Assembly: GCF_009914755.1 (NCBI RefSeq)
Contig: NC_060925.1
From: the human T2T-CHM13v2.0 reference genome, Homo sapiens
DNA: 64,000 nucleotides
Strand: one strand, 5' to 3'
This document shows, in pieces, positions 1-12,503 of this stretch (its first letter is position 1; every line of letters begins with the position of its first letter). The notes beneath the pieces are model-generated. The model was not told where the DNA came from. It saw nothing but the letters and a program-made list of their open reading frames with translations, and searched no databases. The translations under genes were made by a program, and so were the position numbers.

Positions 1-1206
1 AAAGAAAAGTTAATATTTTAGTTAATATTTAGTTAATATTAACTAAGTAGTTAATATATCCCCCCCCTAGGTTTTGAATGTCCTTTTATGTTGTTTCTGG
101 TGATGTTTATTTACTTTTCTTTCTATCCTTTCATCACGGTTGATAGCATGCATTTAACAACATTGTTTTTGATACAGAGTATGGAGGAAATAATTTGGAT
201 AAACTGAAGAACCATTTTGTGTTGTTTGAATGTGTAGTGTGTTGTTTAAATACATCTCAAGAACATTTTGTTTAATTGTGAAGACTACACACAGTCTCAC
301 CTTCGATTATCACTACAGTTCTTAAGAGCTAAAATTTTGCCTTAAAATCTAGTTACAGGTATTTTGGGAAAGTGTATCTACATTCCTGGTCCTCTATTTG
401 ATCTAAATTCAATTTTGATTCTATACATAATGCAATTTATAACTAAATGAATAAGGAGAGAGAGAACCCTCAATTTTGAAATTTTGAAATTGTATTTGGA
501 ATGGACTGTGATAGTACATATTCTGAAAATATCCTAATTTAAGCATTTCCACAGCATTCAGAAGGTGAATTTATTAATTTTATATTTCTTTTTCTGTTGC
601 TTTTTCTTTTGCTGATAAGGCATGGCAGTAGGTCACATTGACACATACTGAAACACATTTTGTGTGTGTGTGTGAATATACTTTATCATTGACATTTCTT
701 TAAAAACAGAGTATGACACCAGAAAATAGACAAACCTTATTCCTTGTAAGAAGACTTAATATTGTTTGTACTTTTGGGGGATAGGATTTTAAAATTGCCT
801 GCTTAATCTAAGAATACCTTTTGTGTCTCAGGAGTTTGCATTGGTCTTACAATGTCTACTGCTTTAAAGATATAGATAAGTAAAATAAAACTTAAGAAAA
901 GGTCACAGAGAAATAACTGTGTGTCATCCTGATGACTTAGTTTGAGAGCATCTCTAATAAAAACACTGACCCACGTAATTGATTTTAATGGCAGCTTTGT
1001 GGCATCTTCCTTCTCTGGATTCACGCCAGATGCCATCAGCAGAGCCTCCAGGGACTGGGGGGCATAGAGCAGCAGATGAGTGGTTTCTCTGAAGCCCAGA
1101 GTAACTCGGATAGATTAGTTTGGTTGATAAACACAGAGCACAGCAGGCTCCAAAGGCAACTGAGGATGCAACTGAGGATACAACTGACCTTTTTGTTCTC
1201 TGTCAG

Positions 1207-1339
1207 GGTCTAAGGAAAAGCAGTGAATACAGCAGGAACAGAAAGACCATCATCCCCCGCTGTGTGCCCAACATGGTGTGTCTGCATAAGTACATCATCT
1301 CTGAGGAGTCAGTATTTCTTGTGCTGCAGCATGCGGAAG
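1207..1339 (+). CDS. RPS6KC1: RPS6KC1 internal coding exon (133 nt; kinase N-lobe part: GLRKSSEYSRNRKTIIPRCVPNMVCLHKYIISEESVFLVLQHAE-G)
   Basis: Branch-like CTGAC at 1184-1188, pyrimidine tract and tgtcAG acceptor at 1205-1206; donor AAG|gttggt at 1340. Phase-1 end joins the next exon to give HAEGGKLW (kinase subdomain V). Confidence 0.93.
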
Positions 1340-2409
1340 GTTGGTTTGTAGTTTGGATTGTTTATGCAGTGAAGAATGTCACCTACTTAGCTTCCAGTTT
1401 CTCTCTGTCATTTCATGAGCAGATAGAATATATGAAACACGTTTAAGAAACCATTTCCTATTCCTCTGCTCTACCTCCCTACTTTGAGTTGTGAGGGAAA
1501 ATGAAAACCCAGGTGAACAACAGATTTCATGTGAACTATGGTACCATTTGTAGATTTACTTCACTACTTACTTTCTCATGGAATTTACCTAATATAATGA
1601 GAACTTTAATATGAATGTGTGCTAAGAGAGCTAGATTTTATTTTAGTGGTATTTTGTTCGCTTGTTCCCTGCTAAAAGGATACATTATGTTAGATGACTA
1701 AAATGAAAAGCATCCCCTGAAGAATTAATTAATTACCTCCTTCTTTTAGAAGGCAAGGGTGTTGGCTTAACATTTGACATTACCTAGTCATTCTGATCTG
1801 AGTTTTTATGAATACAGCCATTGGCATCACATATGGGTACAAAGCAGAGGCACAGTTCTCTGCCTTCAAACTATTTATGAAATTTCAGCTCTTTGTAGAG
1901 GGAACAGGTGGCAAAAAATATAATGTTTTGATTTTTTTTTGCCCTTTAATACCTGAATTTAAATAAGTAGTCTTTTATTTAGGATGACTGAAAACAGCAT
2001 ATAAATATAAATTCATTTAATACATATTGCCATTTGGCTTTTAAGAGGTGTTCGTAAAATAGTAAAAAATTTTTAAATTGTTTTCCGTATCTCGTGAAGG
2101 CATTGTTATTTTTGTATAACTATTGTACTTTACTAATAGGCATAACATTTGTATTTAATATAATTTTTTAGGAAAAGAAGTCATTGCTTTCTGGAATGAG
2201 GTCTCATGATAATGAATGCAAGATTTTTGATGGGGGCAGTAAACAATTAATATTGTTTATTGTGAAGTACAGCACAAGATAACTACAGATGGAGGGAAGA
2301 CCTCCATATGCAGTATTTAATAGGAAATTCAAAAGGGGCTCTGTGGTCTCTCAGGTATTAAGAGAGTTAATTGTGTGTGTGAATTGGATAACTAATTCAC
2401 CTTTGTTCA

Positions 2410-2610
2410 GACATTATAGACAGCTTTTATCTGAGGATACCAGTGCATTACAGACATTATTGAATTAGAGGTCATGTCATCTGATAGCGAAATACAGCCA
2501 CCTCTGGTGTGGAACAAAATAACTTGCGTAGTAATAATCCATAATAATTTAGAACAAGGTCAGTAGGATGAATGTAATTATAGTCAATATTCTATTACCC
2601 AGTGTGGATT
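2410..2610 (-). mobile_element. Probable AmnSINE1-like ancient SINE relic
   Basis: gaaatacagccacctctggtgtggaac plus flanking blocks (ttatagacagcttttatctgaggat; ataataatttagaacaagg) are collinear with the recalled AmnSINE1 consensus. Confidence 0.55.
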
Positions 2611-3019
2611 ATTCATGTTGGAGATTATCTATGGCAAAATTTTCAGTCTTAACTTACCTGTTATTTGTAGCAATATCTTCCTCTTCTTCCTCTTCCTTCT
2701 CCATATCATTTTTCATTTTTTTCTACCATCTTCTCACCATCCCATATACCTCTTGAAACTGATGTTTCAATTGATTTTACTTGAATAATGTAGAAAATTT
2801 GTATAATCTCTTAAAATCATAGACTTACGACTTTTAAATTTTCTACTATTTTAGATCCTTCTTTACTATCGAGCATACCTGACTTTGAATGCTCACATGA
2901 CCATAAAATTTGTCTCTTTTGACCATTCATTTTAGGTGTCTATTGTTTATTTTTAAGATGGTTTTATAATATAAAGATAGTAAATTATAGTGCAAATAGG
3001 GACTCTGGATTAATTAAAT

Positions 3020-4100
3020 ATTCAGCAAATTTATTGAGCATGTACTGTAGAGTAGGCTCCTTTTTAGGTGAACAAGACAAGAAAATTCTCTCTCTCTCTT
3101 TTTTTTTTTTTTTTGGTTGGGGGGTAGTTAGGGTCTTGCTCTGTCTCCTAGGTTAGAGTGCTATGGTACAATCATAGCTCACTGTAACCTTGAACTCTTG
3201 GGCTCAAGTGATCTCCCACCTCAGCTGGGATTACATGCGTGCACCACCACATCTGGCTAAGTTTTAAAATTTTTTGTAGAGATTGGGTCTCTCTATGTTG
3301 CCCAAATTGGTCTTAAACTCCTGGCCTCAAGCGATTCTCCTGCCTCAGCCTCCCAAAATGCTGGGATTGCAGGGGTGAGCCACCACGCCAGGCCTGAAAC
3401 TTAAATTCTTGTTGTGAAAAGTCAAACAGAAAAACAAAAAGCAAGAGAACATTGGATAATAAAAGGAACTATACAGATCTTTAACAAAGGGAGATCTAAT
3501 AGATAACAACTGGGGGACTATGTTGAATTAAGTAGTAGAGGGAGCCCTCTCTGAGAAGGTGGCATTTAAGAGAAGTTCTGAATGGCAAAAGAAACAATCA
3601 TTTGAATGTAAGATACAGGTACAGGGATGAGTATAAAAACAAACTTGGGATGTTTGATGACCAAGAAAGGTATCATTTGGTTGGAATGGAGCAGAGTGAG
3701 GACAACGTGAGGCACATGTTGGTACGTGAGGCTGTTGGAGAAGTAGGCAGGAGCCTTGTACAGCAGAGTAAGGACTTTGACTTTTGTTCAAGTGCATTGG
3801 GAAACCATTGGACTTCTTAAGGGGTGACAGAATCTGATTTACATTTTAAAAAGGTCACTGGCTCTTGTATGGGGAATGGGTTGTAGAAAGGCAAGAATAG
3901 AAGCAGTAAAAAGGCTAATACAGGAGGCTAGTGAAAAGGTGCTGCTGGCTTGGCCTTCTGGGGCACCAGTCGAGATGTTTGAGGGTAGAGTAATGGGACC
4001 TGTAATGGATTTGAGATTAGGAAGAGGAAAATCTACAGTAATTTCTCAGATTTGGCTTGAGCAATGCAGTGAACTGGATGATGAACAGTGTGTTTTCTTT
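3020..4100 (-). mobile_element. L2 LINE fragment, interrupted by an Alu
   Basis: attcagcaaatttattgagca is the reversed L2 3' end, followed by typical degenerate purine-rich L2 body sequence. Confidence 0.7.
3098..3394 (-). mobile_element. Alu (AluJ-like)
   Basis: Poly-T, both arms antisense, ends ccacgccaggcc. Confidence 0.92.
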
Positions 4101-4319
4101 TACACATCAGTGGCACCTCCGTAGATTAGGAAGTTGGCCTGTGTCATAGAAAAGTAACTTTTCATATGTGTGAATAGTTATTACTGAGAAAGCAAACCTT
4201 GAACAGTTGTTTTCTCCATAACATGAATGCTTTGAATACTTACGATTTGTGGCTTTAGCTTTCCACTGCTTACAGAACTACTCATGATTTATGTGAGTCT
4301 CTTGGACTCTTTCTTTCCA

Positions 4320-5620
4320 TTTTTAATTCATTTCATTAGAAATGTATTGAGTGCTTGCTGGGACACAGACATAGTTCTAATTTGGCAGTGAACAAAACAG
4401 AAGACTTTGCCTGCATGGAGCTTACATTACATTACATTATAGAGGCAGAACAGACAATAAGCAAATATTTAAGTAAATATATGACAGATGGAGGTAAATA
4501 TGCTATGGAGAAAAATTAAAGGAAAGGGGAAGGGAATGCCAAAGGGGTGAGAGGGGTGGTTTGCTATTTTATATAGGGTGGTCATCTTATTGAGAAGGGA
4601 CATTTGACCAGAGACCTTCAGGAAGTGAGAGAGGGAGCATTGTGGATATGTAAGGAAAGGATGTCTTGGCAAGAGAAAACAAATAGGTCCACAGGCTTAG
4701 AGGCAGGGGTGTGCTTGGTGTTCAAGAAACAGCAGGATCAGTGTGGCTGGAGCAGAACAGAAAGAGCAGTAGGAGGAATGCTTAGAGAAGTGAGGAGGCA
4801 GGCAGGCAGATCCTGTATAGCATTGTAGGCCACGTTAAGAACTGGACTTTTATTCTAAATGAGATAAGATGTTATTGGGGCATGCTGAGCAAAGGAGTGA
4901 TGAGAATAGGGATCATTGGCCTGCTCTGTGGAAAACAGAATGTAGGAGAGCAGAAGGAAAAGCAGGGAGACCAATTTGGAAGTTGTTGCAGCACCCCAGG
5001 TGAAAATGCTGATGGCTTGGACAAGGTATTAGTGTGTAGGTCAGGGGTCTCCGGGCCACAGACGGGTACCTGGAGGTGAGTGGCGGACAAGTGAACATTA
5101 CTGTCTGAGCTCCGCCTCCTGTCAGATCAGCAGTGGCATTAGATTCTCATAGGAGCACAAACCCTATTGTGAACTGCACATGCGAGGGATCTAGGTTGCA
5201 CACTCCTTATGGGAATCTAATGCCTGATGATCTGAGGTGGAACAGTTTCACCCCAAAACACTTTCTACCCCCACCCACACCCCTGTCCCCATCCACGGAA
5301 AAATTGTCTTCCATGAAACTGGTCCTTGGTGCCAAAATGGTTGGGAACTGCTGGCGTAGGTCGTAAAGAATGGTTATTAGAGTCTGAATGTATTTTGAAG
5401 GTAGAACGGCATGATTCTGTTTTACATGATTTCAAAGTTTTTGGCTCAAATTGAAATAATGGAGTTTCCATTTGCTAAGCTGTGGGAGAAGTAAGTTTAG
5501 AAGGAAAATCAAGGATTCCATTTTGGACATGTGAATTTGAGATTCTTATTAAATATTCAGGTGATGTTTAGTAGACAGGCTATATCAGTCAGGATTTTAG
5601 GAGAGAGGTTTAAAATATTT
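4320..5620 (-). mobile_element. L2 LINE fragment, interrupted by MER1B
   Basis: attcatttcattagaaatgtattgagtgc start, gaacaaaacag...catggagcttacat, ttttggacatgtgaatttgag. Confidence 0.75.
5042..5353 (+). mobile_element. MER1B hAT-Charlie DNA transposon
   Basis: caggggtc...ctg termini; core ctccgcctcctgtcagatcagcagtggcattagattctcatagg; 8-bp TSD gtgtaggt (5034-5041) / gcgtaggt (5354-5361). Confidence 0.92.
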
Positions 5621-6280
5621 ACTATTGCTTTTAATAAAGCCCTTTCTTAAACTATTTGAGAGAGAAAGGTGGGGAAACAAAATGTATTCAGTCAAGGCCA
5701 TGAGAGTTTAAGTTTCTAAGATTAGGGATTATATAATATTCATCATATGTATGATGAATTAGCAAAATACTTGGTATTTAGAAGGTGCTCAGTGTATAAT
5801 TGTTGAATACTGGGTCAGTCAAAGATGAAAGACCAAATTAAAAGACAGAAGTTGCAAAAGTCTCTGACTGTGGATATACAAAACAGAAAGGAGGTAGAAA
5901 AGAATTTCTCTCCAAGTTACTTAAGGCCCCAAGGAGTAAAATGATTCTTTTATTAATTAGTTTTCTAAAATTATAAAACTAATTTATAAAATAAATTCAA
6001 ACAAAATAGAAGTCTATAAAGTAAAAATAAAAATTATCCCTCCCTATTCACTTTGTTGCCCAGACCTATTCCCCAGAAATAGGTACTCTTTTAACAGTAA
6101 TTATATATCTTCCAATAACTTTCTATGTTTATAAACATTCACTCCCTATCTGTCTGTTTTTAAAAAACTTAAATGGGTGTTACATATTGCCTTGAGCTTG
6201 CATTTTTTCCCCCATCTCAAAAGTGTACCTTGGACGCCTTTAGTATATCTTTATGAGTATATTTAGGTCCATATTAAGAG

Positions 6281-6540
6281 AGGCATACACTATAGTGATT
6301 AAAAATAAGGACTGTGGAGCCATGCTATGTGAATGTAAATGCTGGCTCACCATTACTAGTGTGACTTTGGGAAAGTTATTTAACCTTTCTGTGTCTCAAT
6401 TTCCTCATCTGTAAAATAGAGATAATATTAATTACCTACCTTATAGGGTTGATGTGAGGATTAAATAGTTGTATATGTAAAATGCTTAGAATAGTACCTG
6501 GTACATGGTAAGCACTATGTATTTGCAAATGGCTATTATT
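6281..6540 (+). mobile_element. MIR, near full length
   Basis: Core gtgactttgggaaagttatttaacctttctgtgtctcaatttcctcatctgtaaaat and tail tacctggtacatggtaagcact. Confidence 0.88.
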
Positions 6541-8215
6541 AATTGATATTTAAATTGTTTCCAGTACTCATATAAATACATGTATAAACATGTATTTATA
6601 CATACATGTTTTTGTTGTATTTTTTGAGAATTATATGTAGGACAGATTTTTTTCAAGTTGAATTGCTTGGCCAAAAGATGATTTTGATTACTGTGATAGC
6701 AGTGTTTTATCGTACATATGAAATTTAAGTCCTAATTCTGACCAAGCAAATTAACAAACTTACTTTGCAATCTTATAGAAAAACAATAGACTTAAAATCT
6801 GAGGAGAGACAAAGAGTTTTAATTAAACATTATGAATTCTAATTTTTAAATCTTAAAATGGTTCAATATCTACAATTTTATGTGCTTCAAAAAGACTTAG
6901 AAAAGTATCATTTACAGTCTTAGAGTGTTAAAAATTAGACAAATTTTATGTACCTTAGCAATAACAGGTTTTTTTTAAGGTTAATATATGTCTTTGGAAG
7001 AACGTACGGCCCCCAAAATGACATTATACTTATAGATCCTTATAGATTCTTACTTATAGATTCTTTTCCTTGAAAGGTTTTCAAAAAATTTGTACAGATG
7101 TTATCTTTTTATAACTCAGTTTAATAAATATTTAATACCTGTTTTACATGCTAGATAGAATCCTCTGCCTGCAGCTATTAAGACTTTACAGTCTCATGAA
7201 GGAGATAATAAAAGCATAAAAGTAATATTAATATGATGTAAATGTCATAAGGAGTATGAAGGTGGATGATAGAGGATTGAGAGAATGTATATATGATGTC
7301 CAGTTAAGGGATACAAAGAAATTGGTAAAAGAGAACAGATTCTGAAGGACCTTCAAGAATAGGTAAGATTTTCACAAGTGGATACTGGGGAAACTATTAG
7401 AAAAAAACATTCCAAGTGCAAGCATGGTATGGGGAAAAGCCCATTATGAATTCTTTGTTGAGTAGGGGGAGAGGACCAAATCATGGGTTGATAACTGTAT
7501 TACTCAGGAGTTCAAATGCCTATGCGGAGTTGGTATATGATTCAGTAGATGGAGGGAACTTGGCTTCTTGAATGCAGAAATGGCATAAGATCTGTGCTGA
7601 AATAGAAGATTAATTAGGCAGCAATTAGTAGGGTAGAGTGATACAAGAGGGACTTAAAGTAAGGATCTAGTCGTAGTTATAGCATTATCCCCAAAAATGA
7701 AGACTTTAAGTACATTGAATTTTAGATTTCAGTAGTTTATTCAGGTGGAATTGGCCTAGGAATGAATGAAGCTTTTCTTAGAACTTTATTAAAAGGTACC
7801 ATTTCTTGCTGGTCAGTGGAACTTTATGGATTGCTTATACGGTACATCTCATCATCTGATTTAACAAGCAGTGACTTTTATGTCCTGCACATTGTGTAGG
7901 CAGTAGACATACAAAGATGAAAAAGACTTGATCCTTTCCTCAAAGTAGTCATCATCTAGGAGAATTGAAAACCACCCAAATCATTTTATTTGGATTGCAT
8001 ACAAGAATCTTAGTTTTAGGTTCAAGCATTGTTAGAGTGCCACAATATAGGTATTTGTGGTAAGAGAATGTGAGTATTGTTGTCAATAGACTAAAGAATA
8101 TAGACTCAATGCATAGCTCCTTTTAAACTTCAGTTGAAATATGGAGAAATGTGAAACACTGAGTATAAAGAGGACAGAAAGCATTAGCTAAGAAAAAAAT
8201 GAGAGGAAAAAGTTA

Positions 8216-8497
<282 letters not shown>

Positions 8498-9786
8498 CTA
8501 GGATTAATATTATGACAATTAGCCTTTATTGAGCATTTATTCTATGCTAGGTACCATGTCAGGTGCTATGTGTATTTATTGAATTTCTCAAAATGAAATG
8601 TGAAGTAGGAAGAGGTATTTTTGATGTTTCCGTTGACTTTTTTACACATGCAATTGACTGTCAGTGGTTATTTTCCTTAAGGTTTAGGTACCCTTGGCAT
8701 ATGATGCTTAATGATTACAATAAATATGTGCTGAAAAATTGTCTTCTTTATATGAATAGAGGGATTTATTTTTAACACATTATTCTTAATTTTTCATTTC
8801 TTTGCAACTACAATTCTGTCTCCGCAAAGTATACTTCTGTAGTTACTGCTTTTGAGATTTCTGGATCAAATTTAATTAATTATTCTTTCTTATAATACTG
8901 TTTCTAATCACTACTGTTATAGCAGGTTTTTGGTACTTAGCCATAATTGTTTAACGTAAAAGTTATAATTGACAAAGGGATTGAGGTGTTTTAATGGTTA
9001 AAATAAAAGAAAACTATGGTGAAATAATAACTACAAGTATTGCTGATAAAATACTGGATTTTTTTTATTTCTCTGATTTACATGAAAGTGATTTTTATGA
9101 TTTTAGTTTTAAAGATATATGTCAGAATACACAGTCGGAATTTCCGTAGCTTGCTTTATTAATGGTTGCCCAATTAATTTTCCTCAGTAGCTTTACTTAT
9201 ATAACATATTACATGTAAGGCTGGGCATAAAAGGGGAAATATTAATATGTCATTTATAAAGGCATAATTATATACCACATGCCAAATTCCTCCAATCCTG
9301 GACTGGACATTTTCAAAATGGAATAATATTGTTGATTTTTCCCCCCATTGTAGTATACAATTTTAAACAGCACTTATTTATGTATTTCCACTTGACCAAG
9401 GGGCCATGCGTGAAAAAATTATTATATAAACAGAACAGAACATAATCAGATGTTTCTAAGACTAAATGATATTTAACTTTAGAGTAGAATTTTAGCTGTG
9501 AAATTTCATACTAGTATGTGTTATAACTAATTTCCCTTCAAAGGAAGAAATAGGTTGTCACTTAAAAAAAAAATTGATATCAGGAGATATGCTTGAAACC
9601 GTACTCACCAGTCAGCAATAACAAGCATTTTATTAAATATGCTTATCTTATGGCACACGATATTAATGGATATTATTGACTTGTTTTGATTGATTTTTAA
9701 GATAGTTTTTGTTTTTCTAATGGCTTAAATAACTGTCAATTTGGAGATCTTAATACTTTTGTTTGTTTTGTTATACTTGTTCACAG

Positions 9787-11382
9787 GTGGCAAACTGTGG
9801 TCATATATCAGTAAATTTCTAAACAGAAGTCCTGAAGAAAGCTTTGACATCAAGGAAGTGAAAAAACCTACACTTGCAAAAGTTCACCTGCAGCAGCCAA
9901 CTTCTAGTCCTCAGGACAGCAGTAGCTTTGAATCCAGAGGAAGTGATGGTGGAAGCATGCTTAAAGCTCTGCCTTTGAAGAGTAGTCTTACTCCAAGTTC
10001 TCAAGATGACAGCAACCAGGAAGATGATGGCCAAGATAGCTCTCCAAAGTGGCCAGATTCTGGTTCAAGTTCAGAAGAAGAATGTACTACTAGTTATTTA
10101 ACATTATGCAATGAATATGGGCAAGAAAAGATTGAACCAGGGTCTTTGAATGAGGAGCCCTTCATGAAGACTGAAGGGAATGGTGTTGATACAAAAGCTA
10201 TTAAAAGCTTCCCAGCACACCTTGCTGCTGACAGTGACAGCCCCAGCACACAGCTGAGAGCTCACGAGCTGAAGTTCTTCCCCAACGATGACCCAGAAGC
10301 AGTTAGTTCTCCAAGAACATCAGATTCCCTCAGTAGATCAAAAAATAGCCCCATGGAATTCTTTAGGATAGACAGTAAGGATAGCGCAAGTGAACTCCTG
10401 GGACTTGACTTTGGAGAAAAATTGTATAGTCTAAAATCAGAACCTTTGAAACCATTCTTTACTCTTCCAGATGGAGACAGTGCTTCTAGGAGTTTTAATA
10501 CTAGTGAAAGCAAGGTAGAGTTTAAAGCTCAGGACACCATTAGCAGGGGCTCAGATGACTCAGTGCCAGTTATTTCATTTAAAGATGCTGCTTTTGATGA
10601 TGTCAGTGGTACTGATGAAGGAAGACCTGATCTTCTTGTAAATTTACCTGGTGAATTGGAGTCAACAAGAGAAGCTGCAGCAATGGGACCTACTAAGTTT
10701 ACACAAACTAATATAGGGATAATAGAAAATAAACTCTTGGAAGCCCCTGATGTTTTATGCCTCAGGCTTAGTACTGAACAATGCCAAGCACATGAGGAGA
10801 AAGGCATAGAGGAACTGAGTGATCCCTCTGGGCCCAAATCCTATAGTATAACAGAGAAACACTATGCACAGGAGGATCCCAGGATGTTATTTGTAGCAGC
10901 TGTTGATCATAGTAGTTCAGGAGATATGTCTTTGTTACCCAGCTCAGATCCTAAGTTTCAAGGACTTGGAGTGGTTGAGTCAGCAGTAACTGCAAACAAC
11001 ACAGAAGAAAGCTTATTCCGTATTTGTAGTCCACTCTCAGGTGCTAATGAATATATTGCAAGCACAGACACTTTAAAAACAGAAGAAGTATTGCTGTTTA
11101 CAGATCAGACTGATGATTTGGCTAAAGAGGAACCAACTTCTTTATTCCAGAGAGACTCTGAGACTAAGGGTGAAAGTGGTTTAGTGCTAGAAGGAGACAA
11201 GGAAATACATCAGATTTTTGAGGACCTTGATAAAAAATTAGCACTAGCCTCCAGGTTTTACATCCCAGAGGGCTGCATTCAAAGATGGGCAGCTGAAATG
11301 GTGGTAGCCCTTGATGCTTTACATAGAGAGGGAATTGTGTGCCGCGATTTGAACCCAAACAACATCTTATTGAATGATAGAG
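9787..11382 (+). CDS. RPS6KC1: RPS6KC1 large coding exon (1596 nt; subdomain V, ~480-aa acidic/Ser-rich insert, helix E, catalytic loop CRDLNPNNILL)
   Basis: Lies within the 564-aa ORF 9741-11435. Acceptor ttcacAG at 9785-9786; donor GAG|gtcagg at 11383; phase 1 to phase 1. Protein recognised as RPS6KC1. Confidence 0.97.
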
Positions 11383-11653
11383 GTCAGGAACTTTTGCAAA
11401 TGCATTTCTTTTTATTCGCTGTTGCTTCCAATTAACTGAGTAGGCGTTTTATCTTGTAATTAGTATCTTCATTTCCTGTCTAGAGCTTCATTATCAGTGC
11501 AGCAAATTCACCCCCAGTAATAGCTTCTAGTACTTAATGATGCCATTATTCTTAATGATACTGTTTTTAGCTACAAAAGGAGTAATTACAGTTCACTTCT
11601 GCAGAAAATGGAAGAGAAAAATGTTTTGATTTCTCCTGTCGTTTTGTTTTTAG

Positions 11654-11743
11654 GACACATTCAGCTAACGTATTTTAGCAGGTGGAGTGAGGTTGAAGAT
11701 TCCTGTGACAGCGATGCCATAGAGAGAATGTACTGTGCCCCAG
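11654..11743 (+). CDS. RPS6KC1: RPS6KC1 coding exon (90 nt; G-HIQLTYFSRWSEVEDSCDSDAIERMYCAP-E, subdomains VII-VIII)
   Basis: Acceptor gtttttAG at 11652-11653; donor CAG|gttaga at 11744. In frame with the previous exon across a 271-nt intron; APE motif spans the next junction. Confidence 0.95.
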
Positions 11744-12075
11744 GTTAGAGCAATCTCCTAAAATGTTTCACTTGAAAAAGTGGTTCGGCAGCTCTCATTT
11801 CTTTATAGAAGTTGTATTTTTGTATTGTTCACTAGCAGTTTACATATGTGTTGGATTTGGTTATCTGTTTAACCCTTCAAAAAAGAAAATTTGGGGCTAA
11901 ACCAATTAAGTAATTCATAGGTATATATGTGTATATATATATGTGTGTCCACATATTTATTATTGTTAAATGAGTTTAATACCTCATTAAGAACTGCAGT
12001 GAATTCTTAGAAATGTCTTAACTTCTTAGTGTTTACAAGGACCTTTAAATACCCTGACCCTCTTTAGATGCATGA

Positions 12076-12503
12076 TTTTTTTCTTTCTTTCTTTTTTTTG
12101 AGACATACCTCACTCTGTCACACAGGCTGGAATGCAGTGGTGCTGTTATGTCTCACTGCAGCCTCCCAACTCCTGGGCTCAGGCAGTCCTGTTGCCTCAG
12201 CTTCTGAGTAGCTGGGACTACATTTGTGCACCACCATGCCTGGCTAATTTTTTTAAAAAGCATTTTTTGTAGAGATGAGGTCTTTCTGTTGCCCAGGCTG
12301 GTCTAGAACTCCTGGGCTCAAGGTGCTGGGATTACGGGTGCATGCCATTATTCCTGGCTAATTAAAAAAATTTTTTTTTTTTAAATAGAAACAGGGCCTT
12401 GCTGTGTTGCTCAGACTGGTCCTGAACACCTGGCCTCAAGCAATCCTCCTGCCCCAGCCTCTGGAATAGCTGGGATTGCAGGCATGAGCCCATGGTGCCT
12501 GGC
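12076..12503 (-). mobile_element. Composite three-arm old Alu (AluJ-like)
   Basis: Three T-rich tracts (12076, ~12250-12268, ~12371), each followed by antisense Alu arm sequence. Confidence 0.85.

Noticed and set aside
1120-1446. 108-aa ORF as a separate protein
   Set aside because: Only 1207-1339 is exon; the flanks are intronic.
9741-11435. 564-aa ORF as a stand-alone gene with a signal peptide
   Set aside because: The hydrophobic N-terminus is translated polypyrimidine tract from a TTG start, and the C-terminal 16 aa are intron. The real unit is exon 9787-11382.
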